Shown: positions 9,181 through 18,402 of the stretch, piece after piece
Layout: every line of letters starts with the position of its first letter
Numbering within the stretch: position 1 is the stretch's first letter
Source of the DNA: Candidatus Omnitrophota bacterium
Lineage (GTDB): Bacteria; Omnitrophota; Gorgyraeia; Gygaellales; Profunditerraquicolaceae
NCBI GenBank assembly: GCA_018825985.1
Contig: JAHKAP010000077.1
Location: forward strand, 566-64,565
Reading direction: 5' to 3'
DNA length: 64,000 nucleotides
Position numbers and translations under genes: made by a program
The notes under the pieces: generated by a model
What the model saw: only the letters and a program-made list of their open reading frames with translations
Database searches by the model: none
What the model was told of the DNA's origin: nothing

Positions 9181-9996
9181 TCAGTCCCAAATATCATGCA
9201 AATCTTTCAGTTGTTCATACGTAAACACCGGACCGTCTTTACAGACATAATACGGCCCGATACGGCAATGCCCGCATTTACCCAGGCCGCAGGACATACT
9301 CTTCTCCATAGAAAGATAGATATCCGGTGGTTTGAACCCTAAGTCCAGTAATTTTAAGGTTACAAATTTCATCATTATGGGCGGGCCGCAGACTATTACC
9401 GCCGCATTATTCAAATCTACGGGCAAGTCCTTTAATATAGTAGTAACTAAACCTACGTTACCACTCCACGAAGGATCTCCCACATCAACCGTGACCATCA
9501 TATTAACTTTATCTAATTTAGCCCACTCAGGAATAAGCCCTTTATAAATAATATCATTAGCGGTCCGCGATCCATAACGTAAGACTACTTTATTGTATTT
9601 ATCCATCGAGCCGAATAACGCGAACAATAACGAACGTAAAGGCGCTAAGCCTACGCCACCGCCAACTATCAAAATATCCTTTCCGGTAAATTTATCCAAT
9701 GGATATCCTAAACCATAAGGGCCGCGGATACCTACGGGCGTATTTGGCTGAATACCATGCAATAACGAAGTAATCTCACCGGCCTTCATTATGGTTATAT
9801 CCATTTTATCCTTGATGTTAGGATCGGATGAAGGAGTAAAAGGGGCTTCGCCGATCCCCGGTAGAGTCAATTCAATAAACTGCCCGGTCTTAAATTCAAA
9901 TGGAACTTTAGGCCTCAACACAAAAGTCTTAATGTTAGGCGACTCTGTTATTATACCTTCTATAATTGCCTCTGTCGGCTTATAAATATTTTTCAT
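9181..9996 (-). CDS. FAD/NAD(P)-binding subunit with [2Fe-2S] (AsrB/HydG/PyrK family)
   Basis: GEAPFT, RGPYG, GGGVGLAPLRS, CGPPIMM and CGLGKCGHC...CKDGPVF motifs. Confidence 0.9.
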   Translation of the reverse strand: MKNIYKPTEAIIEGIITESPNIKTFVLRPKVPFEFKTGQFIELTLPGIGEAPFTPSSDPNIKDKMDITIMKAGEITSLLHGIQPNTPVGIRGPYGLGYPLDKFTGKDILIVGGGVGLAPLRSLLFALFGSMDKYNKVVLRYGSRTANDIIYKGLIPEWAKLDKVNMMVTVDVGDPSWSGNVGLVTTILKDLPVDLNNAAVIVCGPPIMMKFVTLKLLDLGFKPPDIYLSMEKSMSCGLGKCGHCRIGPYYVCKDGPVFTYEQLKDLHDIWD

Positions 9997-11051
9997 TTAT
10001 TCCTACTTACCTTGTCTTTGACGTCTTTTAAGACTTCCCGGATATCGATCTTTCCCGGGCAAACCTCAATACACCTACCACACCCGCAGCAAGCGGGAAT
10101 ACCCATATTATCTATAAAAAAATCAAATTTCTTAATAAACCTGTTGCGCAGGCGCTGGGTCCTGGTCTTTAAAGGATTAGCTCCTCCGGCAACGCGAGAG
10201 AAATTAGTATACTGACAACAATCCCATCCCTTTAACCGGGAGAATTCATCCCTATCTTTTTCATCCGATAAAAGAAAACAATGGCAGGTATCGCAGATAA
10301 GATTGCACCCTGCGCATTCAACACAGGTAAGCATAAATTTCTGCCAGGTATCCGCACTATAACCGTCTTTCATTAACCTCTGGACCTCAGCCTTAGAAAC
10401 CAGCCCTTGAGGGAGAAGATGTTTCCTTAAACGCTCAATAAAGCTCTCCCTTTTGGCTTTGCGGGCCAACACTTGAGTTTCTTTGGCAGGAACAAAATAA
10501 TCCTTATACCGCTGAATAAACGCTTCCCCTCTATCCGATCCTGATTCAACAATATAACCGTCATTTAAGGGAGATAGATTCAAATCAAAACCAACGGTAG
10601 GATGCGGCAGCACTTCCCAGGCCAAACAGTGACATACATTTTTAAAATCAGTACAGTCACCCGAGATCAAAACCGTATTCTCTCTTCTAGCTCTATACAG
10701 AGAATCTTTTTCCTGGCCCTCTAAAAATACGAAATCCTGAACCTTATGCCCCTGAATATCGCAAGATTTTACCCCAAAGATAACTATCTTTTCCGGCTCC
10801 CTGAAATTAACGCCTTCTTTGAAATACCCGGATACTTTTTCAAGGGGGCTGGTAAAAAAAGTCTTTAGCGGTTCAACTGCCCTGTAAGCGCTAAATCTCG
10901 GAATGTCACCCTTAAACAACCTATTATAGGAATAATCCGTCTTCTCGCCTTCAATCTCTTTGATTAAAGGCGAAAAGACCTTATAGTCTGCGCATAGGCT
11001 GTTAATCAAAAAAGGTAAATCTTTATCTTTAATATAGAATATCTTGATCAT
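9993..11051 (-). CDS. AsrA/HydB-like 4Fe-4S subunit
   Basis: FGVKSCD, CVECAGCNLICDTCHCF and CCGCGRCIEVCP motifs. Confidence 0.88.
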   Translation of the reverse strand: MIKIFYIKDKDLPFLINSLCADYKVFSPLIKEIEGEKTDYSYNRLFKGDIPRFSAYRAVEPLKTFFTSPLEKVSGYFKEGVNFREPEKIVIFGVKSCDIQGHKVQDFVFLEGQEKDSLYRARRENTVLISGDCTDFKNVCHCLAWEVLPHPTVGFDLNLSPLNDGYIVESGSDRGEAFIQRYKDYFVPAKETQVLARKAKRESFIERLRKHLLPQGLVSKAEVQRLMKDGYSADTWQKFMLTCVECAGCNLICDTCHCFLLSDEKDRDEFSRLKGWDCCQYTNFSRVAGGANPLKTRTQRLRNRFIKKFDFFIDNMGIPACCGCGRCIEVCPGKIDIREVLKDVKDKVSRNK

Positions 11052-11095
11052 TTTTAATTTGTCTGGGACGGGAATATTTTAGAGGGAAAACTACT

Positions 11096-11113
11096 TTGTG
11101 AAACTAATCACAA
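11096..11113. promoter_or_regulatory. Rex operator
   Basis: TTGTGAAACTAATCACAA matches TTGTGAA-N4-TTCACAA with one mismatch; lies between the promoter and the first operon gene; rex is 1.3 kb away. Confidence 0.88.
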
Positions 11114-11160
11114 ATTAACCCTAAAAAAAATTGCAATTCCTACTTTTCTTTAATTTTGTT

Positions 11161-11189
11161 ATAATATCTTATCGGCGTTAAACTGTCAA
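11161..11189 (-). promoter_or_regulatory. Sigma70-type promoter of the hydrogenase operon
   Basis: TTGACA-17 nt-TATTAT on the minus strand. Confidence 0.75.
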
Positions 11190-11197
11190 GGGAAAAT

Positions 11198-12424
11198 TTA
11201 GTCGATTTTTAAACTTATAACCCCGGGCTGAACCTTAGTCAGTTCGTAGGCATCCTGGGCAATGCATAGTTCTTCATTAGTAGGTATTACATATACCTTG
11301 ACCCGGGAGCTATCTTTACTTATCTGGGCCTCTACCCCTTTTACTGTCGAAACATTCTTTTCTTCTTCGATCTCTATACCTAAACTCTCCATGCCGCTCA
11401 AGGTATCCTGACGGATTTGAGGATTATTTTCCCCGATCCCTCCGGTAAATATTATAGCGTCAGTTTTGCCTAATACAGCCAGGTAGGCGCCGATATACTT
11501 CCTTAAGCGGTAACAAAATACTTCAATTGCTAATTTCGCCCTCTCATTACCTTTTTCCTGGGCCCAAAATAGATTACGCATATCATTACTAATCCCGGAA
11601 ATACCCATTAAGCCGCTTTTTTTATTCAGAAGCTTATTCAGGTCTTCGGGAGTATAACCTTTCCCGTTTAAATAAAAGATTATAGCCGGATCGATATCAC
11701 CCGAACGAGTCCCCATTACCAAACCTTCCAAGGGGGTAAAGCCCATACTGGTATCTACTGATTTTCCGTGGGCTATAGCTGAAACGCTACAGCCATTTCC
11801 TAAATGACAGGTTATCAGATTCAATTCTTCCTTGGGCATTTTTAGAATCGAAACTAGCCTCCTTTTAACATAAAGGTGGCTAGTACCATGAAAACCATAC
11901 CGGCGTATTTTGTATTTTTCATATAATTCATACGGAATACCGTAAATATAGGCCTTGGGCGGGATAGCATGATGAAAGGCAGTATCAAAACAAGCTACCT
12001 GGATAGCGTTAGGCAGAAATTTCTTGCTAGCCATTATGCCCATAAGATTGGGCGGGTTATGTAGTGGGGCTAAGTCCGCATACTCCTCAATCCTCATGAT
12101 TACTTTCTCATTAATTAAAACTGATTCGGTAAACTCCTCTTCGCCATGGACAACCCTATGGCCTACGCCCTGGATCTCTTCGATAGAAGAAATAACGCCT
12201 TTTTCTTTATCAGTAAGCATATCGATAATAAAATTGATCCCCTGCTCATGGGTAGCGATGGATCCTTCCAACTCAAGTTTCCCCTTAGCGCTCTTCTGAA
12301 TGAAGAAAGATTTTTCTTCGCCGATCCTCTCCAACAGCCCCTTGGCAATAACTTCTTCCTGAGGCATATTAAAAAGCTGATATTTTATCGAAGAACTTCC
12401 GGAGTTAATAACCAGTATTTTCAC
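11198..12424 (-). CDS. ackA: Acetate kinase
   Basis: ILVINSGSSSIKY, APLHNP, RRYGFHGTSH and FTGGIGEN motifs. Confidence 0.97.
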   Translation of the reverse strand: MKILVINSGSSSIKYQLFNMPQEEVIAKGLLERIGEEKSFFIQKSAKGKLELEGSIATHEQGINFIIDMLTDKEKGVISSIEEIQGVGHRVVHGEEEFTESVLINEKVIMRIEEYADLAPLHNPPNLMGIMASKKFLPNAIQVACFDTAFHHAIPPKAYIYGIPYELYEKYKIRRYGFHGTSHLYVKRRLVSILKMPKEELNLITCHLGNGCSVSAIAHGKSVDTSMGFTPLEGLVMGTRSGDIDPAIIFYLNGKGYTPEDLNKLLNKKSGLMGISGISNDMRNLFWAQEKGNERAKLAIEVFCYRLRKYIGAYLAVLGKTDAIIFTGGIGENNPQIRQDTLSGMESLGIEIEEEKNVSTVKGVEAQISKDSSRVKVYVIPTNEELCIAQDAYELTKVQPGVISLKID

Positions 12425-13062
12425 AGCCGCCCTCTTTTTAATTTATAAACCAGGCTCTCTAATTCCGAGGCCATATCCACATTAGAAACATAGATATTAC
12501 CCGGTAAACTTAAATTTACCGGGGCAAAATTCAAGATCGCCTTGATCCCGCTACCGGCCAATTTTTCGCTTATGCCCTGAGCTTCATCAGCGGGCACAGA
12601 AAGAACCGCAATCTTGATTCCTCTGTTTATAATCAATTCTTTCATCCTGCGGATATCTTCGATCTTTATACCTGCGAGGACCTTGCCGATTTTTTCCGGG
12701 TCATTATCAAAAGCTGCGGATATCTGAAGATTCAGCTCCAAAAACCCCGGATAACCTAAAAGGGCAAAGCCGAGTTTTCCTACTCCTATCAAGGCAATTT
12801 TCCTGACAACATTGGTGCCCAAGATCTTACCGATTTCCTGCCTAAGCGTTTCTACATCGTAACCTATGCCCCGGCGGCCAAATTCCCCGAAATACGAAAG
12901 GTCTTTGCGGAACTGAACCGAAGAAACATTCAAAAACCTGGTGATCTCTTCGGAGGAAGCGACTTTAGTCTTATTCTGGATAAGCCTTTTCAGGCTTCTC
13001 AAGTAAAGGCTGAGCCTGCGCGCAGTCTCCTGGGGAATATGTATATTGGCGTCTATCGGCAT
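12421..13062 (-). CDS. rex: Redox-sensing transcriptional repressor Rex
   Basis: RRLSLYLR, RKDLSYFGEFGRRGIGY, GVGKLG Rossmann motif, ILNFAP. Confidence 0.95.
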   Translation of the reverse strand: MPIDANIHIPQETARRLSLYLRSLKRLIQNKTKVASSEEITRFLNVSSVQFRKDLSYFGEFGRRGIGYDVETLRQEIGKILGTNVVRKIALIGVGKLGFALLGYPGFLELNLQISAAFDNDPEKIGKVLAGIKIEDIRRMKELIINRGIKIAVLSVPADEAQGISEKLAGSGIKAILNFAPVNLSLPGNIYVSNVDMASELESLVYKLKRGRL

Positions 13063-13076
13063 ATATTCTTAAAAAA

Positions 13077-14036
13077 TTATGCCCGTATCCGGCTGAGCGC
13101 TTTTATCCTTTTAAGCATATTAGGATGGGTGCTAAATGATTCCAGTAATCTATCGGCAAACCTAAGGCGCACCTGTTTATTCCTTAAAACGGACAGCTCA
13201 GAGGCATCGATTGTTCCGCTGTTGTCCAGGTCCAGCTGCTTTAATTCCCGGATCTCCTTTAACCCCTGCGATGGATCATTTATAAAAAATGCCTTTAAAC
13301 CCTCAACCTCTTTAAGCGATTCCTTATCCGTCCGGGCTGAACTATAAGCTAACTTATATAAACTAGAAGCTAGGAATTTTGGCTGGTTGCCCAAAAGGAC
13401 CGAACCCTGGTCAGCAAAATATTCCCGGATCCGGGATGCATATAGCACTAAAAGATTAGTAATAAAATAGAAAATAAAAGCCGCCATACCTAAAAGCGCC
13501 GTATTGCCTCCTCTTTCATCGCGCCGGCGCCCGAAAAACAGAAACTGCCAGGCGATCCGATACATAATCATCGGGATAACCGATAACAGAGTTATGGTTA
13601 AAACATCCCGGTTCTTTAAATGGCTCAGCTCATGGCCCAAAACCGCTTTAAGCTCATCATCACTCAATAAATTTAAAATACCCTGCGTAACGCAAACCCT
13701 TCCGTCTCGTATACCCCTGCCGAAAGCAAAGGCGTTAGGAAGAGATATCTGGGCGATGCCTATCTTAGGCATAGGAATACCTGCCCTAACAGCCAGGCTC
13801 TCAACCATCTGGAACAATTTAGGCTGGTCCTGCCTTTTGACATATTTGATCCGCATGGTCCATTCTACTATCTTAGGGCCGATGAGGTATTGTATAAACA
13901 TCATAGCCAGTGAGATAGACAGGTAAAAACCAAAACCTCCAATGCCCAAATATGAGCCGATCATTACAATAACTGCGTAAATAATCGCAAACAACGCGGT
14001 AAGTAAAAGCCACATCTTTAAATGCAAAAGCCACAT
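13077..14036 (-). CDS. htpX: HtpX-family M48 zinc metalloprotease
   Basis: PNAFAFG, HELSH, SRIREYFAD and STHP motifs. Confidence 0.9.
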   Translation of the reverse strand: MWLLHLKMWLLLTALFAIIYAVIVMIGSYLGIGGFGFYLSISLAMMFIQYLIGPKIVEWTMRIKYVKRQDQPKLFQMVESLAVRAGIPMPKIGIAQISLPNAFAFGRGIRDGRVCVTQGILNLLSDDELKAVLGHELSHLKNRDVLTITLLSVIPMIMYRIAWQFLFFGRRRDERGGNTALLGMAAFIFYFITNLLVLYASRIREYFADQGSVLLGNQPKFLASSLYKLAYSSARTDKESLKEVEGLKAFFINDPSQGLKEIRELKQLDLDNSGTIDASELSVLRNKQVRLRFADRLLESFSTHPNMLKRIKALSRIRA

Positions 14037-14079
14037 CTTAATATGCCTCCGTTTTTTAAATTATTTACGAATTAGGTAG

Positions 14080-14502
14080 TTATTTTACCACTTCTGCCTT
14101 AATTGTAAACCTCAAAATAGGATTGTCCGGATTATCGGTATTTACATAAACAAATTGCTGGATGGCTCCGGAATAACCTTTAGTCTTAAAAATAACTTCG
14201 ATCCGGGTAGATTCACCCGCCTGTAATTTATTTTTGTCAGCCTTTGAGCCGGTACAACCGCAGGAGGTATTCACATTTTTAATATTTAAAACTTTTCCGG
14301 AGTCATTTGTAAGGTTAAAATCATGCTTTAACTCTACCCCCTGTTTAACCGTTCCGAAATCCCAGATATACAACTCATCCAGAGCTGCCTCGCCGGTCAG
14401 ATTATTTCCTGCGGCAAAACAATTAGGGGAGGTTAAAGACAATAATACTAAGATTAAAACGGCAAATATCCTTTTCATCATAATCTCCAGACTAATAACC
14501 AA
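14080..14502 (-). CDS. DUF1573 Ig-like secreted protein
   Basis: Signal peptide, DFGTV, TSCGCT; true start probably MMKRIF. Confidence 0.8.
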   Translation of the reverse strand: MVISLEIMMKRIFAVLILVLLSLTSPNCFAAGNNLTGEAALDELYIWDFGTVKQGVELKHDFNLTNDSGKVLNIKNVNTSCGCTGSKADKNKLQAGESTRIEVIFKTKGYSGAIQQFVYVNTDNPDNPILRFTIKAEVVK

Positions 14503-15662
14503 CCTAAACTAAAGAAAACAACTGCCATAATGAATTTAATCCAAACTATATATTTTCGCATGAACTGCGAAAAGTTTACCGAAGTCAAACCAAACATTGC
14601 TAACAAGAATACCGCCAGCAAAGGAATAATAAACATAACATTATAAAGCAAGAGAAAGAAGACCGCCCTTATTTTAAACTCAGAGGCCTTAAGTATAAAA
14701 GCTATGGTTGGCAGATACAGTTGTCCCGTACATACCGCCTCCAATAAACTAACCAGAAAACCAATTGTAACCGCGGTAAAAATTAACTGAAAAATACGCA
14801 GTTTAGGCTTTACGCCTTCAGCCCTGCGGGGATTATGGTAATGAAGCCGGATCAGGGAATGGATCCGTTCCTTAACGCTTTTAGGTAATTGCAAGATCAT
14901 GCCTTGTGAATCCCCTGTCTTGACTAATCTGATCAAGTCGTAAACGCAAAACACTCCTAATATTAAACTTAATATCCCCAGGCAATAATTAATTACCCTG
15001 GCAACTATCCAGAATCCGGAAATCCGGTATAGCCCGTCAAATATCCCTAATCCGATCAAAAGATAAGTTAAAAATACTGTAATTATAAAAAATACCCCGG
15101 TTATCGCCATATCCAGCTTACGGTAACCCTGCAACGCCAGAAAAGAAATGAAAAATACCACCACGGTGAAAGCGCAAGGATTTATCCCATCGACCAACCC
15201 GGCGCCGGTTACAGCCAGAGGAGTAAATGATAAAAAGCGCTCCTTAAGATCAATTGAAAATGAATGATTTTCTTTCTTTGGAGAAGCGTTCAATGAATTA
15301 TCAATAACCCTGATCAGATTTTCATTCACATCTTTTTCACCGCTTACTATATTCCCCTCGAAGAAAAAAACCGGCAGAATAATATTTCCAGACTTAGAGT
15401 ATTTCTCCTGCAGGCTGATAAGCATCTTATAATTTTCAATATTAGTTATATCCCGGTAATCAATTTCAATCCGGCCTTTAAACCTCTCCTCGATCCGGGG
15501 TATTAAATTTTGCCTGGCTGACGCGCAATGGTTGCAGGCAGGAGAATAAAAAAACACTAATCTCGCAAGATCTTTCCGGGATGGTTCCTGGCAAGAAGAA
15601 ATTACAGGACATGCAAAAAATGCCGAGAAGGCGATAAGAAAAATTAACCTGCTAAATTTCAT
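14478..15662 (-). CDS. Thioredoxin-like domain fused to CcdA/DsbD-like membrane domain
   Basis: CNHC, DGINPCAF and LEAVCTGQLYLP motifs. Confidence 0.75.
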   Translation of the reverse strand: MKFSRLIFLIAFSAFFACPVISSCQEPSRKDLARLVFFYSPACNHCASARQNLIPRIEERFKGRIEIDYRDITNIENYKMLISLQEKYSKSGNIILPVFFFEGNIVSGEKDVNENLIRVIDNSLNASPKKENHSFSIDLKERFLSFTPLAVTGAGLVDGINPCAFTVVVFFISFLALQGYRKLDMAITGVFFIITVFLTYLLIGLGIFDGLYRISGFWIVARVINYCLGILSLILGVFCVYDLIRLVKTGDSQGMILQLPKSVKERIHSLIRLHYHNPRRAEGVKPKLRIFQLIFTAVTIGFLVSLLEAVCTGQLYLPTIAFILKASEFKIRAVFFLLLYNVMFIIPLLAVFLLAMFGLTSVNFSQFMRKYIVWIKFIMAVVFFSLGWLLVWRL

Positions 15663-15682
15663 TGGAATAAAAGGAAGGATAA

Positions 15683-16159
15683 TTAAAAAACTGAAAATAT
15701 TTTTATAATCTCTTTCTTATCGGCTGCTTTCTTCAGCCTGTCTACGATAAATTTATCTTTTACCAAGCGCGAGATCCCGGATAAAATCTTTAAATGCCCC
15801 CCAACATTACTTTCAGGAGAAGCCAGAAGAAAAAAAAGATAAGTCTTTTCACCGTCTAAAGCCCCATAATCAATTCCTTCTCTCTTGCGGGCAAAAGCCA
15901 GGATAAAATTTTTCATCTTATCCGACTTAGCGTGGGGTATAGCTACGCCATTGCCTATTCCGGTAGAGCCTAACTTCTCCCGTTTCAAGATCTCATTAAT
16001 CAGGGCCTTTTTATCTTTTTGTTTACCCAACCCAAAGATCAGACCGACCAACTCTTCGACGATTTCTTTTTTAGTATCACCCTTTAAATCTAAATTGATA
16101 TATTTTTCCTTAAGATAAATCAATAGGTCCGGTTCTTGTTTACTCGCGGGATTATTCAC
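15683..16159 (-). CDS. PTS EIIA (fructose/nitrogen-type) domain protein
   Basis: REKLGSTGIGNGVAIPHA. Confidence 0.9.
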   Translation of the reverse strand: MNNPASKQEPDLLIYLKEKYINLDLKGDTKKEIVEELVGLIFGLGKQKDKKALINEILKREKLGSTGIGNGVAIPHAKSDKMKNFILAFARKREGIDYGALDGEKTYLFFLLASPESNVGGHLKILSGISRLVKDKFIVDRLKKAADKKEIIKIFSVF

Positions 16160-16232
16160 TTATTTGTCATCTCCTTCGATAGATTAAATTTTTATAGGCA
16201 GCCTATGGAGGGATATATTCTACAACATCTTA

Positions 16233-16261
16233 ATCTTATAGAAAAACCCATCTTTTGTCAA
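16233..16261 (-). promoter_or_regulatory. Sigma70-type promoter upstream of the EIIA gene
   Basis: TTGACA-17 nt-TAAGAT. Confidence 0.6.
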
Positions 16262-16284
16262 TACCAATATTGTAAGTATTGTTA

Positions 16285-16324
16285 TAGGGGAACACCCTGC
16301 CGATTAGTTAGCGGGGTGTCCCTA
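16285..16324. repeat. Hairpin overlapping the 3' end of the double-GT9 gene (possible terminator or REP-like element)
   Basis: TAGGGGAACACCCTGC...GCGGGGTGTCCCTA. Confidence 0.55.
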
Positions 16325-18386
16325 AGATTGATTCTGCCGCCCTAATCACGTCTTCGACCGTGATTGCTTTAAGGCATAGAAAGCCTTTTACGCAATTATG
16401 AGCCAGGCATTCAATACAACCTACATCCTTATGCAAAAATACACCCCTCTTGCCTACCGGACCCCAGCGCTTAGGGCTTAGCCCCTCTTGAGACCTGCTA
16501 AATATTGAAACTACCGGCGTACCTAAAGCGCAGGCAATATGCACCGGACCGGAATCATTGGATATAAGCAAACTACATCTCTTTAATACGCTCGCCAACT
16601 GACTGACTGAAGTCTTTCCGCCTAAATTTACCGCCTTATGCTTCATTTGGTATATAACCTCATCAGCAATATGAACTTCTTTCGACCCGGATAAAACAAT
16701 AATCTTAAAACCATGCTTCTCTATGAAGCGTTCCGCAACCTGAACAAATCTTTCAACCGGCCAGATCCGGGACGGACAACTTGCTCCGGGATTGATAGCC
16801 AATATACTATCCCCTTTTTTTATGCCTTCCCCGGCAAAAAGCTCATCTACCCATATTTCAGACTCTTTTCTTAAAGGGAAAAATAATTCTTGATCTTCCC
16901 ACTCAATCCCCAAAGGTTTTAATAAATCAAAATTATATTCTGATTCGCGTTTCTGGCCTAACTGTTTTAAATGCCTGATCTTATCGGTAAATAAAAACCC
17001 GAATTTCCGGTCATAGCCGATCTTTCTGGGTATCCCGGCTGAATAAATAATCAGATGGACCCTGTTCGTAGGATGCAGCGCAATAGCTAAATCAAATCTT
17101 TTTTTCTTCAAATCCCGGGATAATTCCCAGGCCCCTTTCAAGTTCTTATGCTTATTATCTTTATCCAGGATAATTACCTCATCTAGATCAGGATTTTCAA
17201 TCACGATATCTTTAGCATAAGGACTAACCATCATGGCTATATAAGCAGAAGGATACCTCATTCTCAATGCCTTGATCGCCGGAGTAGATAATACAACATC
17301 CCCTATCCTATCTGTCCTGGTTATCAGTATCCGTTTATATTCTTTATCCTGGCCGGCGTACCGGCGTCTTAGTGTCAAGGTGTCCTGACATTGTGATGTC
17401 TTGGCGTCCAATATATCCTGAACCTGCCTTATAACGTCTTTGACCTTAATAACCTCCAGACATTTTAAATCGCCAAACCTGCACTGGGCTTTTTGGCAAG
17501 GCCGGCAGAATATATCTTTTTTAACTATCCTTGAATTCCCGGGCCATGGGCCATATTTAAGCTCATTAGTAGGTCCAAATATTCCTACGGCAGACATCCC
17601 TAAATATCCGGCTAAATGCAGATTCGCGCTGTCATTGGTTATCAAAAGATCGGCTTTTTGTAACAAGCAGGCCAATTGCCTAAGGTTGGTTTTCCCGCAT
17701 AGATCTATCAAAGGATATTCAGAATTCTTAACAATATATCCCGATATCAAAGCGTCATCTTTATCCCCGGCCAAAACTACCTTGGCCCCAAGATCATTTA
17801 TCAAAAATATGATCAATTCCAAAAAATTTTCTTTAGGCCATCTTTTGATATGGCTTCTTGCTCCCGGCGAAACAACAAATATCTTATCGGTTTTAGAGAT
17901 AGAGTTTTCCCTAAATACGCTTTCAATAAAGCCTATATCATCCGGCTTGATATTCAAAGCTACTTTAGCCGGGCCGGTCATATTTTGGTTTCTTGATTCC
18001 AGCCCTAAACTTACCGCTTTATAAAAATGCCTTTCTTTCATATGAATAACATCTCTGGGTATTTTTAAAAAAGGCGAGACCTTGCGCGGCGATTTCAATA
18101 ATATATTTAAGAGGCTGTTGCGCAGGTCTACAACCAAATCAAAATTTTCCTTTTTAAGATCTTTAAATAAAGCTATTTTCTCTTTTAAGCCCGGACTCTT
18201 TTCATAAACGATCACCCTGAAGACATTAGGATTATCCTGAAATATCTCGCTCGGCCGGGGCCCGGTTACAATCGTTATCAAGGCTTTAGGAAAATTAGAC
18301 TTTAAATAATCAAATACCGGCAGGGTCATGATCACGTCGCCGATGTTGCTTAGGGTTATGAATAGGATTTTTTTTACTTCTGTCAT
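16308..18386 (-). CDS. Tandem double GT9 (heptosyltransferase-like) protein
   Basis: Two IGDV motifs and two NDS(A/G)xxH motifs. Confidence 0.9.
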   Translation of the reverse strand: MTEVKKILFITLSNIGDVIMTLPVFDYLKSNFPKALITIVTGPRPSEIFQDNPNVFRVIVYEKSPGLKEKIALFKDLKKENFDLVVDLRNSLLNILLKSPRKVSPFLKIPRDVIHMKERHFYKAVSLGLESRNQNMTGPAKVALNIKPDDIGFIESVFRENSISKTDKIFVVSPGARSHIKRWPKENFLELIIFLINDLGAKVVLAGDKDDALISGYIVKNSEYPLIDLCGKTNLRQLACLLQKADLLITNDSANLHLAGYLGMSAVGIFGPTNELKYGPWPGNSRIVKKDIFCRPCQKAQCRFGDLKCLEVIKVKDVIRQVQDILDAKTSQCQDTLTLRRRYAGQDKEYKRILITRTDRIGDVVLSTPAIKALRMRYPSAYIAMMVSPYAKDIVIENPDLDEVIILDKDNKHKNLKGAWELSRDLKKKRFDLAIALHPTNRVHLIIYSAGIPRKIGYDRKFGFLFTDKIRHLKQLGQKRESEYNFDLLKPLGIEWEDQELFFPLRKESEIWVDELFAGEGIKKGDSILAINPGASCPSRIWPVERFVQVAERFIEKHGFKIIVLSGSKEVHIADEVIYQMKHKAVNLGGKTSVSQLASVLKRCSLLISNDSGPVHIACALGTPVVSIFSRSQEGLSPKRWGPVGKRGVFLHKDVGCIECLAHNCVKGFLCLKAITVEDVIRAAESILGTPR
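17353..17408. repeat. In-frame 8-bp-period repeat in the inter-domain linker
   Basis: CCGGCGTA CCGGCGTC TTAGTGTC AAGGTGTC CTGACATT GTGATGTC TTGGCGTC. Confidence 0.75.
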
Positions 18387-18402
18387 ATAAATTACACTCT
18401 AC

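Noticed and set aside
12140-12160. AckA HRVVHGE in place of the usual HRVVHGG
   Set aside because: Single substitution with all other motifs intact; not enough to infer altered function.
14005-14039. 14-bp duplication at the htpX start (MWLL...MWLL)
   Set aside because: In frame and very short, so it cannot be separated from local slippage or chance; not counted as a ghost head.
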